Shown: piece by piece, positions 17,627 through 27,640 of the stretch
Numbering within the stretch: position 1 is the stretch's first letter
How the letters are laid out: each line of letters begins with the position of its first letter
Source of the DNA: a virus
Virus record (IMG/VR): IMGVR_UViG_3300013939_000001
Coordinates: 1 to 64,000 of that record
DNA length: 64,000 nucleotides
Direction: 5' to 3' (one strand)
Notes under the pieces: model-generated
The model's database searches: none
What the model was told of the DNA's origin: nothing
Seen by the model: only the letters and a program-made list of their open reading frames with translations
Translations under genes and position numbers: made by a program

Positions 17627-17651
17627 TCGATACCCCGTGGTCAAAAATAAA

Positions 17652-17669
17652 GGGGACCCGTAGGTCCCC
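17652..17669 (-). terminator. rho-independent terminator
   Basis: Stem GGGGACC/GGTCCCC, loop CGTA, minus-strand tail TTTATTTTTG; 3 nt after stop of 17673..17996. Confidence 0.8.
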
Positions 17670-17672
17670 GTC

Positions 17673-17996
17673 TTATGCCGTCTTCGGCAGCGAATAGTGG
17701 ATGTTGGTGTCGGCAGGACAGTGCCGCAAACGAACATCCTTTCCAGCGCCGTAGCAGTTCCAGTCCGCGACGATCTCGTTCCGGGTAGGGCGTATCACAC
17801 GACCGTACTTGTTGACGTGGTCATGTGCCTCCTGAGGCAGGCGAGAGCAATTGTAACCCAGACGCCAACCCTCAGGAGGTGGGAACCGCCACCAGAACCG
17901 CTTATACCAAACCTCATACACCAGAGCGAATTGCTGTTCCTTAGTCAGCTCTTCGCAAGAGAGCCAACGGAGAAGGTGTTTGAGGAGGTCGATCAT
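17673..17996 (-). CDS. hypothetical Trp/Cys-rich protein (107 aa)
   Basis: ORF track. Confidence 0.65.
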   Translation of the reverse strand: MIDLLKHLLRWLSCEELTKEQQFALVYEVWYKRFWWRFPPPEGWRLGYNCSRLPQEAHDHVNKYGRVIRPTRNEIVADWNCYGAGKDVRLRHCPADTNIHYSLPKTA

Positions 17997-18520
17997 GCGC
18001 GTCGCACCATGCGGCGTGCGAGGTCTTCACGCATCTCGATGTCGCGGGTATGGTCGGCCACCCGCATACGCCCCGCCAGATCGCGCAGGAAGCTCGTCAG
18101 GCGACTTTCTTCACGCACCGGTACCGACACATCCATCAGCTTACGTTCGACCACAGCACACGTGTCAGTGTACCAGTACGCAGCGATCACCGGCCAGCCA
18201 GCTTCCAGAGCGTGGGAGTACATCTTGAACAGGAATGCCTGTCCCGGATTACGACCGCCGCGCACCATCCAGCGGTTGGCCACACGGAAGTTTATCTTGG
18301 TGATCAGATGCTCACCGTCAACGACTTCACGAACGGTGATGTACCCGTCAGCGTATTCATCTTCGATCTCGGCCCAGGTGATCAGGCCGGTCTTACCGTG
18401 GTAGAACAGGATGTCCATGTACCACTGACTGAGGGACTCAGCGTGTTCGTGGAGTTTCTGCGCCCCGTAAGACAGGGCGATGAGTGCAGACATCACTTGC
18501 TTGTAGAGAAAGTTGAACAT
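17993..18520 (-). CDS. hypothetical protein (175 aa)
   Basis: ORF track; ATGA overlap with downstream gene. Confidence 0.7.
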   Translation of the reverse strand: MFNFLYKQVMSALIALSYGAQKLHEHAESLSQWYMDILFYHGKTGLITWAEIEDEYADGYITVREVVDGEHLITKINFRVANRWMVRGGRNPGQAFLFKMYSHALEAGWPVIAAYWYTDTCAVVERKLMDVSVPVREESRLTSFLRDLAGRMRVADHTRDIEMREDLARRMVRRA

Positions 18521-18597
18521 TGCAGTTGCTCCTGGTTAACCAGAGGGATTGGTATCACCGGGGTATTAAGGGTTTGAAATTATTTCGGTTGGGACCT

Positions 18598-19068
18598 TTA
18601 CGACAGACCGTAGAAACCGCCCCGCAGACGATCCAAAAGGTCCTTTTCCATCCTTGCGTAGAACTCGGACATGGTCTGAGACATACCCAATTTCATTGCT
18701 CGAGGATCGGAGAATTGGACGGGCATCTTTCCCTCTTTCAGGGCGGTGGTAGCGTTAGGACCAAATGTAGATATTGCATCGCGGATCTGGTCCTCACTGT
18801 AATCGTACCCGGTAACGATATCGACACTCTCTACTTCCGGATCCTTCAGACTGTCCTCGACAATCCGTTCAGTCACCTTCAGACCGTTAACGTGGCTAAC
18901 ATTGACCTGAGCCACCTCCGTGCACGTGGTACGGTAGACGTTACGCATCGTCGGCCAGACAGTGGCCGTCTTCTCCGAAGTGTCCAGCTTCGCCGATACG
19001 AACTCGGTATCGGCCTGTATCTTCGGACGACCACAATCGTCGTCGTCCACACTCATTTTACCTGACAT
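18598..19068 (-). CDS. hypothetical protein (156 aa)
   Basis: ORF track. Confidence 0.65.
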   Translation of the reverse strand: MSGKMSVDDDDCGRPKIQADTEFVSAKLDTSEKTATVWPTMRNVYRTTCTEVAQVNVSHVNGLKVTERIVEDSLKDPEVESVDIVTGYDYSEDQIRDAISTFGPNATTALKEGKMPVQFSDPRAMKLGMSQTMSEFYARMEKDLLDRLRGGFYGLS

Positions 19069-19079
19069 GTCGGTTCCAG

Positions 19080-19592
19080 TTACGGTTGGGGACGGAGCTT
19101 ACGGACGAGCGGCTCGTGGGGAGGTCCGTCGCGCCAGAGCTTCTCACGCATCGGGGTGCGGTGTCGACTCACCTTCGCCTCGGTGATCTTCGATTCCCTA
19201 TGCTTCTCCAGTTCCTGACTCAGCAACATCTTGAACTTAACCGATTCAGGAGAGCTCGGATCGATATAGAAATCGATGATCGAGCCTTCGTTGCGCATCA
19301 TGATGTCCATATCGAAGAAATTGCGCCTGGCGATAGCGCCCATCACACGCTCAGTGATGTTTTCCAACCTTTTGGCTTGGTCGGCATCTCCAGCCATATG
19401 CGGTTTTAGACGGACCGTTTCATAGACCGTCTCCCAAAACAGCTTGATGAGATCCGGATCTTCCCCGCTTTCGATCTCACGAGATAGCACGAATAGCTCG
19501 TTCGGGTTCAGACCGATGACACGACCATACATCCGAAGACGGTCGTATCGGCAACCGTTAAAGGGGGGTTCGGACTCTAGCTTTGGTGACAT
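19080..19592 (-). CDS. hypothetical protein (170 aa)
   Basis: ORF track; ATG 19592 has GGAGG 5 nt upstream and overlaps the recJ 3' end by 35 nt. Confidence 0.65.
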   Translation of the reverse strand: MSPKLESEPPFNGCRYDRLRMYGRVIGLNPNELFVLSREIESGEDPDLIKLFWETVYETVRLKPHMAGDADQAKRLENITERVMGAIARRNFFDMDIMMRNEGSIIDFYIDPSSPESVKFKMLLSQELEKHRESKITEAKVSRHRTPMREKLWRDGPPHEPLVRKLRPQP

Positions 19593-21312
19593 CGCGTTCC
19601 TCCAAATGTCTCACCATCAGCTGGGCAGTGAAGCAGCCAGCCGGGTATTCGTTGATGCTCAACTCGTAGGTCACGCGGACTTGGATCGGCGGATCCTCAC
19701 CCTTGTAGCCGTTGAAGAAGATCGCAGGATGGTATTGTCCCGAACGAGGATCGTAAAGATCCATCTTCAGGTGCTTTTCTTTCAGCACACGGAATTGGAT
19801 CACCTCGAAATCGTTCTGGAACATCGGGGCTGGGAATGCCTGTCCCCACGGACCCCACGAGTTGAGGTAGCGCACGAAGTCCACCGACAGCTCAGCCGGT
19901 TCCAGACCACCATCGGTCAGGATCACCGCTTCGAGCAGGTCATCGGTCAGCCACTCATTGGCCACCTCAGCAAACGCCTGGGTGAACTTCTCCACCTTGG
20001 ACTTGTCCAGCGACAGACCAGCTGCCATAGCGTGTCCACCGAACTTCTTCATCAGTCCGGGATTACGACTGTCGACCAACGCCAACGCATCACGCAGGTG
20101 GAAGCCTGGGATCGAACGACACGAGCCACGCAGCTCTGTGGAGCCTTCCGAGCCAGGAGCCAAGGCAACCACCGGTCGATACAGGTTCTCCTTCAGACGC
20201 GACGCTACGAGGCCCACAACGCCGGAGTGCCAGTTCTCCTTGTAGACGACCACGCCCTTGGACGAACCGACCTCGGTTTCCTCTACGATCTGCTCGGCTT
20301 CTTTGATCATCTCGCCCTGCAGATCCTTACGCGCCGTGTTGATCTCCTTCAGGCGATCGGCATAGAACGTGGACAGGATCGGATCATCGGTGGTCAGACA
20401 CAGCACACCTTCACGCATGTCTTCCAGTCGGCCGGCCGCGTTGATACTCGGAGCGATACTGAAAGCAATGTCAGTGGAAGTCAGCTGCTCCGGATCGATC
20501 TTGGCATTGGCCATCATGGCCAGCAGACCCTTGGAACACTGCTTGCGACGGATACGAGCCAGACCTGCCGAAACGATCAGGCGGTTGTTCGCATCCAGCG
20601 GCACCAGATCGGCGATGGTGCCCACCGCAACCAGATCCAGCAGACTGGCCAGTGACGGTTCCGGACGGGCCTCAGTGAACCACCCAGCGAGCCTGAGGTG
20701 CTTGGCCGTAGCCATCAGCACGTAGAACATCACGCCCACGCCAGCGAGCATCTTGGAGGGGAACGGATCGCCCACCAGATTCGGATTGACGATGGCGTCT
20801 GCCGGAGGCAGGACTTCCGGCGGAAGGTGGTGATCGGTGATGACCACCGTGATGCCCAGGTCTTTGGCCGCTTTCACGCCATCGACCGAAGCCACGCCCG
20901 AATCGACCGTGACGATCAGGTCGGGCTTGGGGTTCATATCGGCGATCAGCTCCGGCGAGACACCATAGCCGTGCTTGAACCGATTGGGGATGGAGAAGTC
21001 CAACTTCTGGCAGCCCAGCATCTTCAGACCACGGAACGCTACCGATGTGCCGGTAGCGCCGTCACAGTCGTAATCGCCAGCGATGATGATCGACTTGTCA
21101 TTCATGATCGCTTGGGCCAGCAACGAAGCGGCATTGTCGATACCGCCCAGCTGCCCGTAGGGGATGAGCTGGGCGAGTTTGGTTTCGATGTCTGCCAGTG
21201 CCATCACTCCACGCGCTGCGTAGATACGTGCGATGACGTCAGGGATATTCGGCCAGTTCGCAGAATCGTAGGCGGGGACAACGCGGGGACGGACAGCAAC
21301 TTTGTTGGACAT
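19558..21312 (-). CDS. recJ: RecJ-like single-strand-specific 5'-3' exonuclease (584 aa)
   Basis: DHH-family motifs IIAGDYDCDGATG, VVITDHH, and DHHA1 motif FGGHAMAAG; length and order as in bacterial RecJ. Confidence 0.85.
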   Translation of the reverse strand: MSNKVAVRPRVVPAYDSANWPNIPDVIARIYAARGVMALADIETKLAQLIPYGQLGGIDNAASLLAQAIMNDKSIIIAGDYDCDGATGTSVAFRGLKMLGCQKLDFSIPNRFKHGYGVSPELIADMNPKPDLIVTVDSGVASVDGVKAAKDLGITVVITDHHLPPEVLPPADAIVNPNLVGDPFPSKMLAGVGVMFYVLMATAKHLRLAGWFTEARPEPSLASLLDLVAVGTIADLVPLDANNRLIVSAGLARIRRKQCSKGLLAMMANAKIDPEQLTSTDIAFSIAPSINAAGRLEDMREGVLCLTTDDPILSTFYADRLKEINTARKDLQGEMIKEAEQIVEETEVGSSKGVVVYKENWHSGVVGLVASRLKENLYRPVVALAPGSEGSTELRGSCRSIPGFHLRDALALVDSRNPGLMKKFGGHAMAAGLSLDKSKVEKFTQAFAEVANEWLTDDLLEAVILTDGGLEPAELSVDFVRYLNSWGPWGQAFPAPMFQNDFEVIQFRVLKEKHLKMDLYDPRSGQYHPAIFFNGYKGEDPPIQVRVTYELSINEYPAGCFTAQLMVRHLEERDVTKARVRTPL

Positions 21313-21343
21313 GATTACTTCTCGTAGGAATCGAAGTTCGATC

Positions 21344-21949
21344 TCACCTGTACGGGCTGTACGGGATTTCGATCAGGTGGTTGGAGATCTCACCCGTGCG
21401 GACATTGCGTGACAGCAGACGAACACCCCAACCAGATTTTTGCTGCAGGTACTCGACGGCCAGCAGATGGATCTGGAAGTGGGTGCCCTGCGGAGATTCG
21501 TATCGTGCACCCCAGTTGAATCCGAAGGCATCGCGCAGGGCGCGAACGACCGAAGGGTGGCCCGGCTGATCCGCACCATTGAGCCTGAGGCCGGCGTCAG
21601 CCAGCGCCTTCCGAGCGTAGTCCTCGAAAATGCTCGGAGCAGGACTGGTGAACGACGGATAACAGTACACCCGGAACGAGCCATCCAGACGGTTGGTGAG
21701 ATGGATCAGGAAATCGTCACCCGCCGCAGTCATGTCTTCATCAGACGGCCAATCGAAATCGACATCTTCGAAGGGATAGCTGTGCTTCTGGATCATCTCC
21801 AGACGAATCGAGCGAGGGTCGGGATTGGCCCTGGACGACGGGCGTTTGACGAACAGCACTGGCGTGGTCATCGCATCGAAGATGTGATGGAAACGATTGG
21901 TGGCGATGATCGCCTTGCCCTTGGTGAAAGAGGTCATATAACTGTCCAT
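21344..21949 (-). CDS. hypothetical protein (201 aa)
   Basis: ORF track. Confidence 0.7.
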   Translation of the reverse strand: MDSYMTSFTKGKAIIATNRFHHIFDAMTTPVLFVKRPSSRANPDPRSIRLEMIQKHSYPFEDVDFDWPSDEDMTAAGDDFLIHLTNRLDGSFRVYCYPSFTSPAPSIFEDYARKALADAGLRLNGADQPGHPSVVRALRDAFGFNWGARYESPQGTHFQIHLLAVEYLQQKSGWGVRLLSRNVRTGEISNHLIEIPYSPYR

Positions 21950-21981
21950 GAGGGTAAAAAATCTAAGTGTGCTGGCACAAA

Positions 21982-22007
21982 CCCCACTCCCCTAATGGAG
22001 AGTGGGG
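21982..22007 (-). terminator. hairpin + TTTGTGCC
   Basis: Stem CCCCACTC/GAGTGGGG; after stop of 22022..22351; minus-strand tail TTTGTGCCAGC, then T6 about 20 nt later. Confidence 0.45.
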
Positions 22008-22021
22008 CTCGTATGCCGACG

Positions 22022-22351
22022 TCAGCTGAAGATCGTCTTGAGGATGTCCTTGGCACGGGTATGCCAGGGTTTCATCCGCCAGGTCGCCAGCCCGATTCCC
22101 GTGGATATCAGGAACAACGCTACCGGCGTCCACCACGGAGCGGCCATCTCCCCGCTCCGCAAATAAACCCAGGCCATGAAGAACGAACCGACCAGCGAGT
22201 AGACGGTAGCGGACAGGCAGAGGAAGAGCAGAGTGCCCCAGAGAAGTGTCGTGATCAGCCAGAACCACGCGACCAGGAACTCCACCAGGGACTTGAGGCG
22301 GGGATACGGTTGTTTGTACGCGTACATGGGGGTCTCTTTGGATTCGGACAT
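22022..22351 (-). CDS. membrane protein (109 aa, 3 predicted TM helices)
   Basis: Frame of ORF 22022..22393; start placed at ATG 22351 (MSESKETP...); hydrophobic stretches LVAWFWLITTLLWGTLLFLCL, FFMAWVYL, VALFLISTGIGLA. Confidence 0.6.
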   Translation of the reverse strand: MSESKETPMYAYKQPYPRLKSLVEFLVAWFWLITTLLWGTLLFLCLSATVYSLVGSFFMAWVYLRSGEMAAPWWTPVALFLISTGIGLATWRMKPWHTRAKDILKTIFS

Positions 22352-22392
22352 CTTCCATCCTAGAACCCGCCCGTTTAACGGGCGGACATTCA

Positions 22393-22767
22393 TTACGTGT
22401 GGATGTGGTACCGACGTTCCACGACGTCCAGGCTACCATCGGGCTGCTGGTCGATACGGTAAACGTCTTCAGCGCGATGCGACCCGCTGAACTTGTTGAC
22501 ATGGATCACCAACGTCACCGGATACTCCGCCCCAGCCAGCAGTTCGGCCAGGATCTTCCGATCCAGGTCGACTTGCGGATTGGACGGATTGCCCTTGGCG
22601 ATGTCACCGGCCAAGTGCTTGATGAACCAACCCTTCAGTTCCGGATTGGAATCGAGCTGTCCAGCTGCATGTAGATCACGACATTGCTTGCAGAGGATTA
22701 CCTCACCCTCCCGACGCACTCGTTCGGCACTGGTGGGTTCGGGAGGTCTTCCGTCATAGCAGGGCAT
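22393..22767 (-). CDS. hypothetical protein (124 aa)
   Basis: ORF track; 1-nt overlaps on both sides. Confidence 0.65.
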   Translation of the reverse strand: MPCYDGRPPEPTSAERVRREGEVILCKQCRDLHAAGQLDSNPELKGWFIKHLAGDIAKGNPSNPQVDLDRKILAELLAGAEYPVTLVIHVNKFSGSHRAEDVYRIDQQPDGSLDVVERRYHIHT

Positions 22768-24320
22768 CAGCTATTTCCCCTCTGGTAAATGAGCTCCGGG
22801 GTCAGACCGACCTCGAAGGATTTCTTGTTCACGCCGATGCGGGAGGTGGTGAAGTAGACCTTACCTTCCTCCATGCGCTGTACGAACGTCATGTCGGCAT
22901 GCGCCGCCATTGCGGAGTCGAGCATGTCATTGGCCACTACGTGCTCCAACCACTCGATGTCGCGACCGTACCAATCGCCCGATCGGAAGGAACGGTTGGT
23001 ATTGTCCGGCAACGCAGCACCGACCGCCAGGTGGAAGTCGTACCTGTTGCGGACGATATTGAACTCGCTCAGGTTGCGCTCACCCGTCTTGGCCATGTTC
23101 CCGAGGCCGTCGATGCTGTCCACCACAACCAGCTTCAGGTTCGTGAGATCACGATCATTGACCTGGTTGAGGATGTCGGCCAATACATTACCGTCGACAT
23201 GGCCCGGATTGGGTGCCAACAACGACATCTGCCACCCCAGGCTCTTGAGCGTGTCCATGATGAACTGGCGCATCGCCGTTGCTTCCACCGTGATCGGATC
23301 GGCAACCTGGCCGGTCTTGTGGAGGAACAGACGCTGGTAGATCATGGCTGCGATCGGCTCGATGTCCATATGGCTGACCATCATGCAGACCCTGTAGTAC
23401 ACGCCGGTCGGCGGACGATTGTTGATCACCGCATCGACCATCATGTTCACCAGATGGCCCTGACCGAAGTTCTTCGGCGGCGCGAACCACAGCGAGGTCT
23501 TGCTCATCTCCAGGCCACCGTCCAGGGCGTCATCGAGCGGCTCGATGCCGGTCACCATACGACGGCTGTCACGGAACTGGCGCAGCGAGAAATTGCGGCC
23601 GGCCAGCGTGGCAGACCATTGCTGCTTGCCGTATTCGATTCCATCGGCACGGAGAATGGTGGCGCGCTCCATCATCTTTTCGAAGTCGCGTTTACCGTTC
23701 AACAGCTCCGGCGATTCGCTGAAGTAGTTGTACTGTCTGTGGGGATCATCGTCTCGCGACGTGTAGAAGCCCACAAAACCTTCTTCCTTCGAAACCAGCT
23801 CTTCGATGAACCCAGCGGCATGAACCTTGTCGCCGATCAGGAAAAGCTCGTGCAGGCTGTTGCTGTGCTCGAAGCAGGACTGGGCGATGAGGATCGGCTC
23901 CTCAGAACCTTCGTTGTCCAGGTACGGCACCAGCCAGTGGATGAAGTTCTCCAGTTGATCGGACGTGTGTCGGCCGGCGCTGGCCCAGACCAGGTCGTAG
24001 CGGCCATCTACGCGCTGGGTCAGCGAATACAGCTCGTTCTTCTCGGCCTTTCTTTCCTGACCGTAGGGAAAGTAGACGGACTCGCCGCGGATCAACAACG
24101 AAGCCCAGTCCTCGCTGGTGAAGTAGGCGGTGTTCGGCTCGTCCTGGATGGACACCAACAGGTTTTCGAGATGGTTCTCGAAGCCCGGCAGGAACTTGCC
24201 ATCGTAGTCGCTACGACTACCGTCCTGGAACAACATGTACTTCAGGACAGCCAGGTAGCTCTCCGGCAGATCGGCGCTGAGGACGAGCTTGCCCTTGAAA
24301 CCGGTGTAGTGACCCATCAT
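22767..24320 (-). CDS. DnaB/RadA/KaiC-type RecA-fold protein with degenerate Walker A, fused to an unknown ~250-aa N-domain (517 aa)
   Basis: RMVTGIEPLDDALDGGLEMSKTSLWFAPPKNFGQGHLVNMMV parallels R..TGI..LD..L.GGL..G.L....P.(M/I)GK(T/S), but GK(T/S) is replaced by GQG; Walker-B-like LKLVVVDSIDGL. Confidence 0.5.
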   Translation of the reverse strand: MMGHYTGFKGKLVLSADLPESYLAVLKYMLFQDGSRSDYDGKFLPGFENHLENLLVSIQDEPNTAYFTSEDWASLLIRGESVYFPYGQERKAEKNELYSLTQRVDGRYDLVWASAGRHTSDQLENFIHWLVPYLDNEGSEEPILIAQSCFEHSNSLHELFLIGDKVHAAGFIEELVSKEEGFVGFYTSRDDDPHRQYNYFSESPELLNGKRDFEKMMERATILRADGIEYGKQQWSATLAGRNFSLRQFRDSRRMVTGIEPLDDALDGGLEMSKTSLWFAPPKNFGQGHLVNMMVDAVINNRPPTGVYYRVCMMVSHMDIEPIAAMIYQRLFLHKTGQVADPITVEATAMRQFIMDTLKSLGWQMSLLAPNPGHVDGNVLADILNQVNDRDLTNLKLVVVDSIDGLGNMAKTGERNLSEFNIVRNRYDFHLAVGAALPDNTNRSFRSGDWYGRDIEWLEHVVANDMLDSAMAAHADMTFVQRMEEGKVYFTTSRIGVNKKSFEVGLTPELIYQRGNS

Positions 24321-24673
24321 TCTGCTCCGTAGATGCGACGAGCTTCTTCCAGCCCGAACGAGAACGTGACCTGGTGCGAGCGATCCAGATAAACCTCATC
24401 GGCCGGCTTATCGGGGAACTGGCCCAGGTTCACCAGGACCGACCCGCTGTCGATGTCGATGCCAAAGACGGTGTCTTCGGGGAATTCACCCTTGAGCAGC
24501 GCCTGGCCGTCTTCGAGCTGCTTGCGGGTCACGATGACTTCGTGACTGCCGGTGTCGGCGAAGGCCTGGTGTTGATCTTCGATGTTGTTGAAGCTGGTGC
24601 CCTCCAGTTCCAGCGGACCATCCACATCGGAGGTCGGGAACAGACGGAAGAGGGTATTGGGATCGTTGGACAT
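24317..24673 (-). CDS. hypothetical acidic protein (118 aa)
   Basis: Frame of ORF 24317..24691; start placed at ATG 24673 with AAGGA 7 nt upstream. Confidence 0.6.
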   Translation of the reverse strand: MSNDPNTLFRLFPTSDVDGPLELEGTSFNNIEDQHQAFADTGSHEVIVTRKQLEDGQALLKGEFPEDTVFGIDIDSGSVLVNLGQFPDKPADEVYLDRSHQVTFSFGLEEARRIYGAE

Positions 24674-24707
24674 GGTGGTTCCTTGATGCAAGAGAGGGGA
24701 TGGTGAA

Positions 24708-25133
24708 TCAGACGGTCAGTTCACTGACCTTGGCGAGTGCTTCTTTTCCGGTGAGCTTGAGATGGCCATACGCGATGGCCGCCGGAATGACCGTACCGAA
24801 GACGATACGTTCCACTCGAGCGCCCAGCTGTTCAAACAGGCTGAGCGAGCTCTGCGTGAACAGGAAGTCCTTCAGGTTCGAACCTGGCGCTTCCAGATAG
24901 CTGAGTTGGATCTCGTGCCCACGAGTAACCACGCCGCCTTCGGAGCTTTCGATATTTCCGATGTGGAGACCGTAGCCACACGCGACGGCTGCCTTGGGCA
25001 TGTTGTGGCAGAACTTCTCCCACGTCACGCCCTTCAGGGCAGGCACGAGTTTGGCGCAGCGAGCGTACTCACTGCGCAGACCTTCGTTGAGCGCTGCGTG
25101 GATCTTCTTGGTTTCTTCGGAGGAAAGTGCCAC
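24708..25133 (-). CDS. hypothetical protein (141 aa)
   Basis: Frame of ORF 24708..25373; start placed at GTG 25133 after TAGGAGCCCTGAA (stop of upstream gene + SD); upstream part of ORF overlaps 25144..26136. Confidence 0.55.
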   Translation of the reverse strand: MALSSEETKKIHAALNEGLRSEYARCAKLVPALKGVTWEKFCHNMPKAAVACGYGLHIGNIESSEGGVVTRGHEIQLSYLEAPGSNLKDFLFTQSSLSLFEQLGARVERIVFGTVIPAAIAYGHLKLTGKEALAKVSELTV

Positions 25134-25143
25134 TTCAGGGCTC

Positions 25144-26136
25144 CTAGTTGACAGGGAAAATGCGGACAGGCAGGCCGGCGTAGGTTCGCTTCTCGAGATC
25201 CCAATGCTTTCGCTGAGTTTCGGACAGCGAGTGGACGTAGCGTTCCAGTGCCTGCACCTGGTCGTGACCTTCGATGATGACCGAGCCCCCGCTGAAGCCT
25301 TCGACTTCGAGCTGGTACTTCTCATCGCCTGGGATCTCACCGTAGACGCGAGTAACGGTGAACGGCTGACCACAGTACGTCTGGGCAGACAGCTCCCAGA
25401 GCTTGTGCTGATCTTCAGGCAGGTCCTGGACGTGGGCGATCATGGCCGCTGGGCGTGAGGTGCCGAAGACGCGGAACGTGGAGTTCGGCATGCCGTCGAT
25501 CACGACCTCGTAGGTCTTGCGAGTCCAGAACTTTTCGTGTCCTGCCACCGGGTTTTCTGCCGGCTCAGGCTGGAATTCGACAGGGAGCGGCAGTACGTTG
25601 GCACCAGCGTACTTACCGGCCAGCAGATCACGAACGTGCTTGACGTAGACCTTCGCCCAGCCATCCTCATGGATGAGTGGGACGTTGTAGGGTACGGACA
25701 CCTCATTCAGTCTCCCGAACGACTCCTCCACCAGGCTCTCGAACATGGCCAGGATTTCGAGGTCGGACGGGCTTTCCGGAACGACTTCCGTCTTGGACAT
25801 CACCATTTGGCTCAGGGCGCTGAAGAAGATGTTGCCGAACTCGAGTTTCTGGACGAAGGCCCCGTGGTCAGTCAACACCTTCAGTTCCGATTTGGCGCGC
25901 TCGGTCCAGACGAACTTACCTTCGCCATTACGCAGCGCCGGTACCTTGATGAATCCGGAGTCGGAAAGACCGGGCACGTAGGTGCCGCGATCGAAGCGCA
26001 CCATGACGAAGATCGGATTTGAAATGTGTTCAGCAATGTCGTCCCATTCCGGGCCGAGCTGGTGGCCGTAGCGGTCACGCCATTGAGCATATTCCTTGAT
26101 CAGGAGGTCGTTCAGGAACATCGGGTCAAGTATCAT
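25144..26136 (-). CDS. hypothetical protein (330 aa)
   Basis: ORF track. Confidence 0.75.
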   Translation of the reverse strand: MILDPMFLNDLLIKEYAQWRDRYGHQLGPEWDDIAEHISNPIFVMVRFDRGTYVPGLSDSGFIKVPALRNGEGKFVWTERAKSELKVLTDHGAFVQKLEFGNIFFSALSQMVMSKTEVVPESPSDLEILAMFESLVEESFGRLNEVSVPYNVPLIHEDGWAKVYVKHVRDLLAGKYAGANVLPLPVEFQPEPAENPVAGHEKFWTRKTYEVVIDGMPNSTFRVFGTSRPAAMIAHVQDLPEDQHKLWELSAQTYCGQPFTVTRVYGEIPGDEKYQLEVEGFSGGSVIIEGHDQVQALERYVHSLSETQRKHWDLEKRTYAGLPVRIFPVN

Positions 26137-26144
26137 AACTTCCC

Positions 26145-26924
26145 TTAGTTGCGGTTGTGGAGCCGGTCGATCTCTTTGTCAGCTTCGACCAGATCACTGG
26201 CGGTGGGATTCCACGGGGAGGTCAGCAACAACTGACCCAGGTCCCGCAGCGAGGTCGACTCGACCTGACCGTCGTGGTTGACCACGTACAGCTTTTCGGT
26301 CGATTCGGTCGGATCGGACATGTTGACCACCTGGATGATGATCGACACACGCTGACCTTCAGCCAGCAGACTGCCGAACAGAACGCCCAGCGAGTCCTTC
26401 GTACCGGCCACGTAGCCGGAACTGACGGTGAACTCGGTCGGGTCGTCAGGATTGTACTGGACGTTCTGGAACACCCCGCCCAGGGCCGCATGTGCGGTCT
26501 CGTGATCAGCCACACGGAACGGCAGGGTGTAGGTCACCCCGAACTCCGCGCGTTCTTCCTCGGCTTCCAGACCCGCCGACAGGCCGAAGGCGATCAGCGC
26601 CTGTTCCTGGAAGAACAGCGTGGCGAACTGACCTTGCTCGAAGGCGATGCTGGTGGCCTTGTAGCCGTCCAGGGTCTTGTCGTGGTGCAGGTCACCCGTA
26701 CGACGATCGATCAAGACCAACTCGCCGTCTTCTGCGGACATACCCCAGACGTTGAGCATGTCCGGGTGGGCTTCCAGGACAGCCTGGTTCTGGCGGAACT
26801 GTTCCGGGTCCACCAGCAGCACCGTGGCGAACTGACGGTCCTGCATGTCCTCGGAGGACACTTCGCGGGTGGTCGGTGCCAGGCGGCCGTCGAGGTCGAT
26901 GACGTAATAGATATCAGCGTTCAT
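26145..26924 (-). CDS. hypothetical acidic protein (259 aa)
   Basis: ORF track. Confidence 0.75.
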   Translation of the reverse strand: MNADIYYVIDLDGRLAPTTREVSSEDMQDRQFATVLLVDPEQFRQNQAVLEAHPDMLNVWGMSAEDGELVLIDRRTGDLHHDKTLDGYKATSIAFEQGQFATLFFQEQALIAFGLSAGLEAEEERAEFGVTYTLPFRVADHETAHAALGGVFQNVQYNPDDPTEFTVSSGYVAGTKDSLGVLFGSLLAEGQRVSIIIQVVNMSDPTESTEKLYVVNHDGQVESTSLRDLGQLLLTSPWNPTASDLVEADKEIDRLHNRN

Positions 26925-27627
26925 GGTGGAGGTTGTCGAAGATGTTGAGGAGGGTGGAGATGAGGACCATTACCGGCAGATCCGGCCATGCGATCTTGGC
27001 ATCGGTCAGCAGACCGTTGACGCCGTTGACGTCGTCTTCACCCCAGGCGTTGACCCGGAGGAACCTTTCACGCATCTTCACCGGAGTGTAGTCGCCACGA
27101 CCGACATGCCAGGCCAGACGGCTCATGACCGTAACAGCCATTTCGTTGTTCTTGGCGATCTTGAACAGACCGTTGATCTGCGTGGCCACATCGGGCTGAC
27201 CACCGATCACGTGCTCCACGTGCAGATCGGTCAGTTCCGTACGCAGCAGGCCGCCACGGGTGAAGTTGTAGGCCAGGCGATAGGTCTTGTCACGGGACCT
27301 GCCGTAGCCGAAGATGACATCCGGGACACCCACGGAGCGACGATAGAGCGTCAAGTCCTTCAGAACCGTTTCGGCCGGTCGAGGATCTTCGCGCAGTACC
27401 GTCGACAGCAGCGCACTGCCGGCATCTTCTTCGGGAGCCACGTACATCACCGAGAGGATCTTGCCGTCGAAGGAGACGACCGAGCTGGCTTCGCCCTGCT
27501 TTTCGACGATGCTGATCGGTAGCGGGTTCTTCATCTTGGAGAAGGTCACCGGCTCACCGTTACGCGTCAGTTCCTGCGTGCTCGGGTTGAAGATGAACAG
27601 CTCAACTGCAGGCTTTCTTTTGAACAT
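26914..27627 (-). CDS. hypothetical protein (237 aa)
   Basis: ORF track. Confidence 0.75.
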   Translation of the reverse strand: MFKRKPAVELFIFNPSTQELTRNGEPVTFSKMKNPLPISIVEKQGEASSVVSFDGKILSVMYVAPEEDAGSALLSTVLREDPRPAETVLKDLTLYRRSVGVPDVIFGYGRSRDKTYRLAYNFTRGGLLRTELTDLHVEHVIGGQPDVATQINGLFKIAKNNEMAVTVMSRLAWHVGRGDYTPVKMRERFLRVNAWGEDDVNGVNGLLTDAKIAWPDLPVMVLISTLLNIFDNLHHER

Positions 27628-27640
27628 GGTCAGTCCTTGA

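Noticed and set aside
17670-17680. Plus-strand TTATGCCG next to hairpins in minus-strand territory (17670-17680 and 22010-22018).
   Set aside because: The orientation is opposite to local transcription. At 17673 the element overlaps the stop codon and last codons of a gene. These are probably chance or composition effects, so they were not counted among the motif instances.
24708-25373. The full-length 221-aa ORF, and similar 5'-extended ORF-track models (3744-4286, 17318-17737, 36987-37604, 38965-39534, 49394-49909, 58015-59220).
   Set aside because: The N-terminal extensions overlap the upstream gene in another frame and have junk-like composition. Internal starts with SD sequences immediately after the upstream stop give compact, coupled genes.
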